Below, piece by piece: positions 12,999-25,392 of a stretch of 64,000 nt of DNA. The stretch lies in NCBI GenBank assembly GCA_965644265.1, contig OZ286462.1:25854001-25918000 (forward strand), written 5' to 3'. The DNA is from Glycera tridactyla. Its lineage: Eukaryota. The position numbers and the translations under genes are program-made. The notes under the pieces were generated by a model. The model saw nothing but the letters and a program-made list of their open reading frames with translations, was not told where the DNA came from and did not search any database. How positions within the stretch are numbered: position 1 is the stretch's first letter; every line of letters begins with the position of its first letter.

Positions 12999-13208
12999 GA
13001 TCATGCTGATCAAGAGTGGAAGTTTGCCCGTTCGAAGCTTTGGATGGGTTATTTTGATGAAGGGTCGACGTTGCCTCCACCATTCAACCTTATCGTCAGT
13101 CCAAAATCACTTTACTACGTCCTTACATGGACCAAGCGTTACCTCGTCCATATTTTCCGACGTCACTCCGATAGGGTTCGGCGGAAGTCACTTGATGGCA
13201 CGATAAAG
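12999..13208 (+). CDS. TRPC: TRPC exon containing the TRP box / TRP helix
   Basis: Acceptor catttcttcacag; donor AAG|gtaggt; 210 nt, phase 0-0. Encodes [37 protein letters not shown]..., with the invariant TRPC EWKFAR box and LPPPFN motif. Confidence 0.97.
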
Positions 13209-16200
13209 GTAGGTAGTTGCTAGTGGTGATGGTCCTATACATGATAGTGCATGGCGTCAGCAGTAAGGGATGCTTGAAGCATGTGATTGACGCATGGATG
13301 CATTAGACAAGATAAACTTAGAATAAATGCATGTTGTTCTTTAATTGGAAGCAGAGCAACTTAGGTGTGGCGCTTTTTGTGAGACATTTGATATATGATT
13401 GTGGGATATCATGAGTCTTGAATTACTAGGTACCAACATGTACTCTACCGTTCGTCGCCTCTTCAATTAACAAGTAATCAAAAGACTTGTGTCTAGAATA
13501 TCGACATCTTCCAAGTATTTGGAAATATTCATTTATTTGCAATCATACATCAATGTCTGTACTTTGCAGGGATAATGAAGTAATTCACTAGTCTTTATTA
13601 TTCATTATCAGTCACCGATTATATTGCATGTAACAATGTTTGGTGATCATATATTTCACATAACTTCAGAATGCTATCCGCATGTGAATTCTATGATTTG
13701 TTAGTTGCACAAGGCCTCAAATGCTAGTGATACCATTTGTTTGGCTGTGTATACATGAATCTTGATTTTTGTTTTTGGTGGTTTAGCAGTCACTTCGTAC
13801 AAAATATCAAAATGTACAACTTAACCAGCATATATCTCACCTAGAAATGATGCAAAAGTTTGTGTACTAGTGTACCAAGTTTGTGTACTAAATTGTTAAT
13901 CCAGGTAATTCAGAAATATGGTGAGATCTATACTACTGTTCGGAAATTCTGGTATCTGCAGGCGTTTGTTGATTATGTTATCTTGATATGGGGATTGGAA
14001 CACTGGGATGGGTAGGGAAAGCAACATTTATATAAAGCAATCGCTTGCATAGTGGATATTCATAGATATTCATTGTGATGTTGTTGACACATGGTCTCGC
14101 CATTAGTTATTTTTTGGGATTATGAGATTGAATCCTACAGATTGGATGTCGTCACTGAGGTTCGTTTTATGATTTCGATTTGATGCTTGATCAATAGTCT
14201 GACCTGGGTAGATTATCTGTCGTGGTCATCTTATTCGCAAAATCATTTTGTAATCCAAAAACTGTGCATTCTTCTCTTATACAAATAGAAAATATAGGGT
14301 GTCCCAAGTACACATAATTCATTAACAATAATACTGACTTTACAGTTATGCATGCACAGACTGGTGAAAAAACATGCCCCCCCCCCCCCCCAATCCATAT
14401 TTGAGACAGATATTCACCCACGGCATTGGGCATATGTATGCATCCAATTTCCCCAGATCTAAATTTCACCAGCTCTACATCTATATCTGCGCTCTTTTGA
14501 TTGTCCTTTCTATTTTTCCGCCCTCAATCTTCTTCCTATCTGTGTATAGATATATTTTCTTTCTTTCTCGATGCTTCCCCCTATATCCAAAGTTGTCAAA
14601 CTCATATATTGTGCATTTTGGTTTTTATTGTCTGATATGCTTCATCACCGGTCAATATTAGGGTCCCAATTTAAATAGATGGATAAATGCTGAACATTCA
14701 TTTCCATATCCATGATCCCACTTTAGTGAATTGTATGTTGGCTGATCACATGCGTGAGGTTAGCCCGCTTTCTAATTCTGATGCAGACCTGTGACTTGGC
14801 ATATAAGGTGATAAATGCAGAAAACATCGTGTGTTGTGTGAGAAAAAGCTGGATATGGTACTCACTACTGCAGGCTGAATGCGTTCGTAGCTTGTGACAT
14901 CTCAGTCATATCATGTTTTGTAATATCACATGGATCTCCATCCTAGGATTTCTGAGCAATGATACCAGACTCACGGAATCAAAGATGAAGTGGTATCTTG
15001 CAGGTCAAGTTCCCACAAGGTTGCATCTGGTGCTCTTGAAAGTGTGATATCGTCGTTCAGACATGGCGGTTCCTGTTTCTATGCCACACCAAATCACTAG
15101 CATAACAAACGTATTATTCGATCATCTGTTCACCCGCAACATTCTTGTTTTGGTTTGATTTTACCATACCAGGAATGAGACCTAGAATATCTGTGAATTT
15201 CATGAATTGTCAGCTTCCGTTTCGGGCCCAGTGGGAAGAGTCTTGATTGATCCCACGACAATTGGCAAGAATCTGAGTAACCGTCATGGAAATGTCCTAG
15301 TTATATCCCCCAGAGAATATTGCAGTCAATACCATATACCCGCTTTTTCACATTGGAAGTTGCTCAGGTATGACATGATACCTGACATATATAGCTCCAC
15401 ATACAACACAAGTTAGATTCTGTATAAGTACATGTTGTATCCAAACCCTACGTTTCCCTGTGAGCATGTCATACAGTATAGCACAGTTGTATGCATATAG
15501 AGAAGGCAGACATTGCAGTAGAACCTACATACTACCTGATGTCTTCCAGCGTGGACTTTCACTCAACAGTCTGAGTCATGTGAGCATTGCTTATGGATTA
15601 CCAAGAAATTATGAAGATGACACCCATCTGAAAGTCCTAATTTTATATGTCCCTGCTTCTCCGCATTTTGTTCCAGAACCTTCTTTGTATCCCCTGTATG
15701 AACAGTGATTGTTTATTTCCTATGTCCGCTTCGTGTTATGTTATGGTAGTGAATAATGCATAATTGGGGCTTGGTTATGGGTTATAAAATGTGTTATTTA
15801 TGTTGGACGTATTGTTGAATCAATGGTCTTGACACTGTGCTATAACCGTAAGGCTTCATAAAGTATTTACTGAAGAAGGTATATACACACATCTCCCTCC
15901 TTCATCATCAACATCACAAAAATCAAACAAAGCCTTAGGGAAAGAAACGGTATAAATTCATGGAAAGCATGTTATCACAAAGTAACCATTCGAATCGACA
16001 TATAACATTATATTTTCGTAACTTCATATCTGAGTATCATTACCTGTGCTGCGTCATCATCTGGTGTTGCTGAATAAAGAACTTTCTCCCCTTATGTTCA
16101 CAAGCAGCAAAGTTAAAGAGGTAGAGACATCCATACCTCCAGATCTTACACTATGGTATTATTGATCTCATAATAGACCCTCATGTCTGACTATTATGAG

Positions 16201-17233
16201 GTCATTATGAAGAGACCACCTGCCGAACTTTCTTATCAGAAATATTTAGCCCTACGTGGAAGGCCATTGTATAGCCTTGCTGCAAATATGCTGTCAGCCA
16301 TATCACCTCATCTTCGCTTCCCGTTCATCATTTTAACATCAATTGCATGGCATCTGGTGTGAATTGACAGAACCATGTTATTATTGTGGGAATTATGAAC
16401 ACATTCCAGATGGAATGAATGGCGATGGAGAACACCATAGAGGTGTTCATTCCACCAGGGCACATACAATGTATCTGTGAGATAATTGCGTCTTAAGAGA
16501 TATTGTCTCAGAACGAACAAATTATATTTGTGACCTGGGCATCGAGAACATTATCACTGGTCTGGATGGAATGTCATGGATGGATTGTTTGATTTCATGC
16601 AAATGTCATGCAAATATCTGTGAAATACCATTACCTTAATTGTACTGGTACGGATTGATAATACAGTCTGTGGAACCGCTTTGAGCAAGAGGTGAGCAAC
16701 GTGGTGCAACCGTGAACCATGTATATGTGCCACCACTAACATATGAGAATCTGCTGGCTAATTCAAATGTTTTTCCCATCGATACCCCGGATTACTCTTG
16801 ATTGATTGTCATCATAATTTGTCTGGCACCCCAAGATGATCCATTTTCATCATAGATCAATACACGTCTTATTGTTCAAGTAATTTGGTCGATTCTGGCG
16901 AAGAAATATCAAAATCCTATGCTACTCGACTTTAAATTCAATTGATTTACAGGAAGGAGATCTGATGAACAGATGTTTTCCTTGGATATCACTGCATCAG
17001 ATATATGGAAAAGGTGCTTGCCTGCTGTGTATTCGGTCCCGTCAAACAATGCCTTCTATGTCCAGAAAGTAAAGATATGAGAGAAAGTCATGTGAGAATA
17101 TCAGGGTGTTTCTGGTAGATGGCCACATATCTGTTGTCAAAGTGATGTGGAGATCCAGTTGGGCATTGAGTGTTGTATATCTCTGTACAGTTCCACACTC
17201 ACTGGTCCACTCCATTCTCTTTGTTCTCTATAG

Positions 17234-17263
17234 CTCCTACCTGTTGGCCTGCCTAACACCAAA
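17234..17263 (+). CDS. TRPC: Predicted 30-nt TRPC micro-exon (LLPVGLPNTK) in the C-terminal linker
   Basis: Strong acceptor cattctctttgttctctatag, consensus donor AAA|gtgagt, exactly 10 codons without a stop, and phase 0-0 matching the flanking exons. There is no protein homology support. Confidence 0.6.
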
Positions 17264-18834
17264 GTGAGTGTTGTTTTTCTTGCTCCCCACTACCCTGTCA
17301 ATAGCCCACTTGAATAAAATGCTGGATTCCGAGTGGGAAGTGGGAAGGAGGTGTAAAATGGTTGGTTCAATCCCCTGTTTGTAGGTGGCGTTCTTCTCTG
17401 TTGCTGTGTTCTGTTTCTAGATGCCTCTCGTTTGTCTTTTTTTTTTGGTTGTGTGTTTAGATCATCTTAATAGTGAGAAAATCATCACATACCATTCCAT
17501 TCTTCTAACTACCCTTGCGGGTGAAAATTTCCGCAATTTTTCGGCAAGCACTATTCTGAATTCTAGGAGAGCACATTGTTTGGTATTGTGGCACTAGGTG
17601 TGGTAATTCTGTTGTATATCTTCATCATAAATTCCTGCTTTGCAATCTATCAAAACTACTAAACTGTAGTGATTTCTGTGGTATGGCAGTGTCTGCTTCA
17701 GAGATATGTTTGCAATTGCACATTATCATTTCCCCAACCTCTTATGCACCCACTGATAAGTTGCTTTGTCTTCCAAACAGTCTTTCGACTGAAATTAACT
17801 ATTTGAGCCCCGTTCCCCAAATTAGGTGCAATCATAGCTACTGACTCGGAATGCTTTTGGATAGACAGAATACAACAACCTATTGATCTCTCATGTTCTC
17901 TAGATGCTGCAGGGTAATTTTGGATACACATTTTCTCAGATTCAAGTGAATTCGTTAGGTTGAACTTGGAAGAAGGAGATGGAAAAGAAGAGACGGGGAG
18001 TACCATGCACATACTTTCATAAATACATGTGCAGATGGTTCGGCAGTAGGGTAGAAGTGTTGACAAAGACACCAAATGATTACAAAAGGATAGACAGACA
18101 TTCGGTCAGTGGCACCAAAAATTGATGGGCAGACAGGCGGACAGGCAGGCATCGAAAAGTAAACAGACAGGCACCATGTCAATCCATCAATGCAGGCTTG
18201 GACGATTCTTCAATGTCATCAATGTAGACTTTGCATATGACCGTTTTCCCCCTGGACCACATTTTGCAGTCATGTTCAAGCTCATGGGCTTGACCTGTAA
18301 TGCAATCGGTGATAGGTCATACGAGATCATTCTCAAGTCATTGCCATGACAAAAGATTGAATTGATCCTCCCTCCGCAAGATGTTTTGACCTAGTGGATA
18401 TGGGTCAATAGGACTTTGAGAGAATCATTCTTGTTCTCATTTCATTCAGTTATCACTGCTGTCTATCATGTAATATGCACACATGCCTTTTAGAACACAG
18501 AATATGAGGAACCAATTTTTCGTGCAAAGATGGACGTTACGTATGTCTAAACATTGCAACAATTGCAAATTGTTGACTGCACTCCATTAAAACATAGATA
18601 ACAAAAATGAATGAATGGCATAGTAGAGTGGTGAGACTGCACGAGGTCATAATATGTTAATTCATCAGTATTCTTGTGGTAGGTTACAGGTGCTTAATAA
18701 AGAAACAAAGCTGTCGACTGTGCATTCAGATAAAATGTGCCCTATGTATTGAGGTGGCGATCTTGTCGACCCAAATCTAAAGATTCTGACCTGGTAGTCG
18801 AAATTACACTGATTACTCGAGTCAGCGCTAGTGC

Positions 18835-18927
18835 CCAACATTAGTTTGTTCAATGATAAGTGCTTCCAACATTAGTTTGTTCAATGATAAGTGCTTCCAA
18901 CATTAGTTTGTTCAATGATAAGTGCTT
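18835..18927. repeat. Perfect 31-bp tandem repeat x3
   Basis: ccaacattagtttgttcaatgataagtgctt at 18835, 18866 and 18897. Confidence 0.95.
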
Positions 18928-19359
18928 CCTCATCGACCGTTTTGTATGACTGATGCACTTGCACTTATACATGTACAAGCAACGATATTCTGAGTATCTG
19001 GTCAATAACTGCCTTCTCACCATCGAACTCTCAATGTATCAATAGTTGTTACTTCGTAATCAACCTGGGCATATTACTCAGTTTGAAGGAATGTGCAAGC
19101 ACCTTAATCCTTAGCCATACACTCCTTACATCACATATGTCTCTCCTGGTATACCTTCTCGCTCTATACATTTCCGTCGTACAATTTAGGCAAGGTATGC
19201 TTCTCTACTATGCACTAATCCATGTTCACTCCTATCTTAGGTACATGAGTCGTAGTAATGGCCACTCTTCATCAATGCCACTAAGCTTTCACTGAATGGA
19301 ATCTCAACCCTCACGATTGTGTTTGAATCTGGTTATAATGTGTTACATTACGGTTCCAG

Positions 19360-19476
19360 GCTAGTTCAGATAGTTCAGGAGTACATGGCTACACAAACAC
19401 TCACGCTCAGTCCATTGAGCAAGATCCGTCATCACCTGATTCAATCAACGCTTTGAGCCACAGTGCCACATCCGAG
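19360..19476 (+). CDS. Candidate 117-nt TRPC cassette exon (ASSDSSGVHGY...LSHSATSE)
   Basis: Acceptor ttacggttccag (moderate), donor GAG|gtaaac, 39 codons open in phase 0-0, Ser-rich linker-like composition. Splice sites are weaker and there is no homology support. Confidence 0.3.
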
Positions 19477-22450
19477 GTAAACTCAATCCTCATTGGTTGT
19501 TCACTCTGTCTGATCACCGTCCACACTTACATGTATCACTCCGCCAGTGGTGACGTCACTAATGTTATACCATCTACTCTCCATTCTCCCACCTAATGAT
19601 GTTGACCCGTGCACACCAATCAGTGTTACTTTACCTACAGGGTAACACGATGTCGTCCCGTTATGTTACGTCATGTCACGTCTAGACGTATCTTTCTCTA
19701 TGGTCATCGTGTTTAACATGTCACTAATGAAATGATTTGTGAAGTCATTAAAGTCTCCTATTCATCTATATGTGCCATCGCGTGCTGGCATGATTTTCAT
19801 ATCTGGTGACCATGTTTCATAACAAGCATCAATATACAGCCATCATATGGTAGATGTGTTTGTATCATCGAGGAATTATTAGAATCAATATTATCGAGTA
19901 TCATAATTTTCATCTTATCCGGATTCCGAAAATCTGTCCGTTTTACACCAATTGAGAGATGTTTCCATGAAATTGAATCACATAAGGAAGTTGTTACCTT
20001 GACGAAATATCTATATCACATGTCAGATATCGGAAAAATCAAAGATCGTGCCCAAAGCAATAATGGGTGGATTTTCCTCTGGTGTTTTTGTATTCTTGAA
20101 GGAATGGTCGCGTTGCTGAAGGTTGTATTTTCATATCCAATTATCATATTCAAATGGTGAAAAGGGCAAGGTCTGTTGCAACTGATAGAATTCATTCGGC
20201 AACAAAGCCCCACGAGAAATAACAATATTGTATGTTCTTCCTCAGTAGTGTTTGCCGTTCGTTCTACTTATTGCAGCACTGGAATTTGATATCACATCTC
20301 CTCGTGTATATATAACCACCCAATGATTTTCCGTTTACAATTTTATCATGGAAAACTTCATCTCAAATAAATCATATGTAAGGAGCTACAGGAACAAGGT
20401 TACTGAAGGACCGATAGGCCCAAGTTATACCACTCACCAGGCACCTTAGGGTGTTATATCGCTCCATCTTCCATACAAGATTATCAGATTATCTCAATCA
20501 TATAGTAGATCTATCCTAATTGTCCAGTACTAACCATTTTATCTATGTAGATTGTATCATCTGACTCACCTTAGTTGATGGTAGCGAGGAACCTATTCCA
20601 TTCATACGACTTTGGAATGGTTCATGAAATGCATATATGCGAAGTACACGCACACACACGCACGCATGCACACAAACATACATATATATATGTATGTGTG
20701 TGTATGTGAGCAACAGTAAATGTGATGCCTTCAATGGACAGCTGATGCGCAATACACATACAAAGTTGCAGTATGTATGAAGCTAAGTATGTTGTGTCGG
20801 GGGAAATGTTGGAGTACTCTGTCGATCTCTGTAGAGATGCCATGTTGTAGACCTCTCTTGCTCTCACATGTTGTACCATAAATGTGACTGCTGTAGAATG
20901 ACAACCACATCCTGGTTTCATGTATTTCATGTTTTCTCAATGTTTTTACTTGTTTTAAATGTTCATGAGATTTTTGATCAAGAAACAATATATTACTGAA
21001 TCCGAGCGCCACTTCATCATGAAATGCCAATGACAGTCATTACCCAGATTTCCTNNNNNNNNNNNNNNNNNNNNNNNNNNNNNNNNNNNNNNNNNNNNNN
21101 NNNNNNNNNNNNNNNNNNNNNNNNNNNNNNNNNNNNNNNNNNNNNNNNNNNNNNNNNNNNNNNNNNNNNNNNNNNNNNNNNNNNNNNNNNNNNNNNNNNN
21201 NNNGCGCTATTCAGCATGTTGATTGCATGTTTTGGCATGCACGTTGTCCAACGGTGTATTCTCCAAAGAATGATTGCATTGAATCATCGTATCATGCATG
21301 GACTGAGTATTTGATGACAGTTTCATCGGGAAAGCATCCCAGAAGTACCGTCAAGACTCTCTTATGTTACGTCGTTAATAAGCAATCAGTTGGTACTGTG
21401 ATGTACTGTGCTCACCATGTCGGATCCCTATGATCAGTATCTCAATTAGATAAATACAAACAGATTGAAATCCTTCATAGTTGCAGGGCTAGAGTATTTT
21501 TGAAATAGTGGATCAGGTTGTTCACGGGCGGTGAAAGACTAAAGTATTTACTGTCGGAACTATGCTAGAAGAGTACAGTTCATATATTGGATAATTGCAT
21601 TGGTAATGTCATGAATTTATAACTGGATACAAAATGATCAAACGAAGTATGGAGTGCATCTTGAGGTAAACATTTGGAATTGGACCATTGGGTCATATGC
21701 TATCGCAAATTTATGGCTGGACGTGAAATGCATACTATCGAAGGGAATCCAAGTTTGTTGGGTGGTATTGCTAAGAAAATGATAGGTACATCGTGAAAGA
21801 TGGATTTCGAATCCCTAATATGGTGACACCTCACTCTATGTGAACCATAGATGTGGTTATTCTATGAAATCTTACTTCTGCGTAACAAACATATATCTCC
21901 GATTTTCTAGTCACCGCTCGGAAGATCGATGACACCTCCTATAATTTTTCTCCAGAGATTATTCATACAATCAGATATGCAAAGGTCCAGTGATGTTGAG
22001 TGTCTCTTTTTGGCGAGAAACTTGAGGCCACATGCTGAAACTAAGCAAGGTTCCCTTTCACCGAAAATTGAGTGAATCGTAATTTATATTAGTGCCTTCA
22101 ATCAGGAATGTCTCGTTTGTGAATTATCAAAATTTGAAATCATCCCCTCTAATATCATCCGTGGATATACGCTAATGAATAATCCATAGGAGATACTATC
22201 CAGTATACATTTTCATGTCTACTGGTCATCAGTGGCCAATGAGTGGAGCCAATCAGGCACACCAATCTTGCAATGGTACCTATCAAATTAGTTTTTATGA
22301 ATTTCAATTTACGTTCCCATATCAGCCATGGTCCAGTAGCTGATATCAGCATCGAAAAAAAAAATACAATTGACTTGATAGTGAATGAATAAGTTGAAAT
22401 GTATAATACATGAGGTTTTTTTTTCTTTTCTTTTTCTTCCTCGTTGATAG

Positions 22451-22519
22451 CGTCCTACATATAACGGTGATAGTAAGGCTATACCTGCTGGGCCTCCAAA
22501 CGACAAGCCCAAATACGCC
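22451..22519 (+). CDS. TRPC: TRPC linker exon (RPTYNGDSKAIPAGPPNDKPKYA)
   Basis: Very long pyrimidine tract (ttttttttttcttttctttttcttcctcgttgatag), donor GCC|gtgagt, 69 nt, phase 0-0. Splicing to the next exon gives KY-A-DVMRRLV, matching the TRPC Y-x-E/D-V-M rib-helix start. Confidence 0.8.
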
Positions 22520-23676
22520 GTGAGTATCCACTCTTATACCTCATACTGCATACCCAAGATTCTCAATGTGATGCCACAATTTTCCAAACATATTGGAAGT
22601 GAAATTGCCACCACCTATAGGATTGTATTACAGGTTCATACATTTTAATCTCAATCATGTGAGCAAAGCGACCCCGATTCGTGATAAAGTTGTCAATTTC
22701 ATGACGCATATAGGCAACTGCCTTGATGACGATAGGAGATGATGCATTCTCTCCTATGTTGAAGTAATTGAATATGTAACCGATGTCATTGCCTTTGGGT
22801 GTCTGTTGTTGCTGTAAAAATCTGTATGAGGGGAGATGCGTCGGGAATACACCCCCTGCAACATATAAAGATTTTGAAGCCTTCACATTTTTGAATGCTA
22901 GTTTCGAAATAGATATCAATGTAAACATGAAACCTCTGAATTATGCAGGCTGAAGCATAGCTGAACAAATCGGTCGAATACTCCACTTCTGCCAACATGA
23001 CGCAACGCCAAGTTCTCAATCACACTTTACTGTAATGTGATGATATACACTACTTGGTTTCTCATGTTTTGGGTATCCAAGTTCGTGGATAAATGTTTAG
23101 ACACATATTAGGTTGAGTGATATATTCTGTCTGGCCCTGCATCGATAAGAATGTGTTCCGAATGAATCATTCTCGGACATGTGACCCTCACTAGTTGAAT
23201 AATAGCCTAATGTGAGATCTATGTCTCTAAATTCTATTGGTCAATACATCTGAAGTCTTTCATTACCTCATTCTCCAATGGAACAGAATAGAACTCACAT
23301 CCTGAAGCTTCTGTCTGGAGAGTAGTTCGCATTCGCATCTGGTCGGGGGATCAAATATGCATCACATTGAATGTTGTGTCATCCCATAGCAATGCCACTT
23401 CATGACCAATCTGTATGACAGTATGATGCCAAATTGCCCATTATTAGTCTCAACCATATGATCCAATGGCTATGCTCATCCCACAGTTCTTTTATTCCAT
23501 CCATCCGAATATTCCTCATCAATCCATCAATCCATCCACCCATATATCCTTCGAGCCATCAATCCATCAAGACGAGATGGTTTGACGAATGTTTAATCAC
23601 TTTGCAATACTGCCCCGCTTGCTATGATGTTGTGTTGAGGCAGCACAATGTGGGATATATCTTTTTTCTTCTGCAG

Positions 23677-23792
23677 GATGTGATGCGGCGTCTGGTGAGT
23701 CGATTCATCCATCAATGGAAGAAGCAGATGCGACAGGATGGGGTCAACGAAGATGACCTGTTGGAAATCAAACAAGATATATCTAGTCTGAG
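23677..23792 (+). CDS. TRPC: TRPC rib-helix / coiled-coil exon
   Basis: Acceptor cttttttcttctgcag; donor AG|gttagt; phase 0 to 2. Encodes DVMRRLVSRFIHQWKKQMRQDGVNEDDLLEIKQDISSL(R), the TRPC V-N/T-E-D-x-x-x-E-I-K-Q-D-I-S-S-L-R motif. Confidence 0.95.
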
Positions 23793-25007
23793 GTTAGTAT
23801 CATAGCTGCAGCAATCACTCCGAGTTTAGTCGCATACAGGCAGTATGTCTTCCTGGTCATCGAGGGATGCACTTAAACTCGGTCAAATTCAAATGTGGCG
23901 GGTACATTCCCCCCCCCCCCCCCCGTTGTTATTTCTAATCCGATTTGATTTTTAATAACACGAATGGATTGTGTAGAGCTTCCGGCGATTGTCGAACCTA
24001 GTTTGGGGTTGTCTGCATCCATTTGAAGAAGATACGCCATCATTTCATGGCATTTTTTAGGCGAACCTGTCGACGCTATCGGTTGTCTTCCCTATATGAA
24101 ACAATGGGGTTAAGGCCGCTGCCTGCGCTACCAAGCCAGCGTGAAATTGACACATTTGGCGTTCTATGTTGAAATAAATAAGGGAACTTGGCCGAGACCA
24201 CATTTCTAATCGTCAGCAAATTCTGTGTGTGAGTTTCATTTTAATCTGATGCGTATTCGCGATGCTAGGGCGTGAAAACGTACCCGCCATGATTGAACTT
24301 GACAGACTTTAGTGTTCCATAGTGCACTGTATTGTGGAATTGACGTGAATTTACAGATAGCTTTTTTGACGATTGGTTTAGAAGCAATAGATAGATAATG
24401 TCCACCCAATCTCATTGACGCCTCGTAAGGCTTCATGAAGATTTTTTTTCAATTTGATTCTTATTTCATTTCGTCATATCACTGATTTCCTATTCAATCA
24501 AATGAGTAGATAGCTTACTCATAAGTCATGCAAGCACATCAGCAGGCAGCGCAATGTCGATAACAACTGTACATTAACCACTTGTTCCCTCCTCTCCTGC
24601 TCCTTATTGTATTTCGCGTTCCACAACTGAGATTTTCGATTAATACGCGTAATTTTGGGGGAGTAAATTGTCATGTTCAGATGGGTTATCACCGATAGAC
24701 TTTGGGTGAAATAATGTATTGTTAATGCGGTGGGCTTAACATACATCAGTGAATCTAATCAAAATAGACTATATGTTGGAAATACGGTGTCGAAATGAGT
24801 ATGATTTGTGATATTAAACCCTGAGACAACTCTGCATAGCACATGTGTGACGGAAAACACGTGGTATTCCACACAGTTGGGTTAGTCGAACAAAGACGAA
24901 AAATCTATTCATTGATAGGGTTGGGTTTGGTTGTTGGGTTTATTACAAATATCCCGCCTCGGTCTATTCACATATACGTGGAGTTACATATGAGTCTGTC
25001 CTTCCAG

Positions 25008-25392
25008 GTGTGAGTTGCGCGAAGACAGGAAACGGGAGGCAGCACGCACGACGGGACATATCGATAACTTAAAGAGGGACATTCTCCGTTCACTGCGGAG
25101 TTCAGGACAAGCAGTGGAGCCTCTGCCACCTGAACCACGAGCCCAAAGTGGTAAGGGGATCCCTCCATCCCCAACCCTGCCCTACTCGTCGGGCGTACTC
25201 ACCCAGAGCGATATGGACCAGCTGAAGAGGGAGATAGTGCTTGGTTTACGGGCGGAGATTAGAGAGATCGCGAGGGAGATGTCCGGTATGCACGGACAGA
25301 CTATTGCTAGGGCCAGTCCGGTGAATACGCCCGCCGTATTGCCTCCAATCAACTCCGAACTATACCACACACATTTATATACACAATTATGA
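25008..25392 (+). CDS. TRPC: TRPC terminal coding exon ending in YTQL* (class I PDZ-binding-type motif)
   Basis: Acceptor ctgtccttccag; phase 2 joins to give SSLR-CELREDRKREAAR; open to TGA at 25390-25392. The terminal T-x-L resembles the TRPC4/5 TTRL PDZ ligand. Confidence 0.9.

Noticed and set aside
14787-14807. 21-nt candidate micro-exon TCDLAYK
   Set aside because: Weak donor (gtgata). The Y-x-DVM junction is better explained by 22451-22519, which has much stronger sites.
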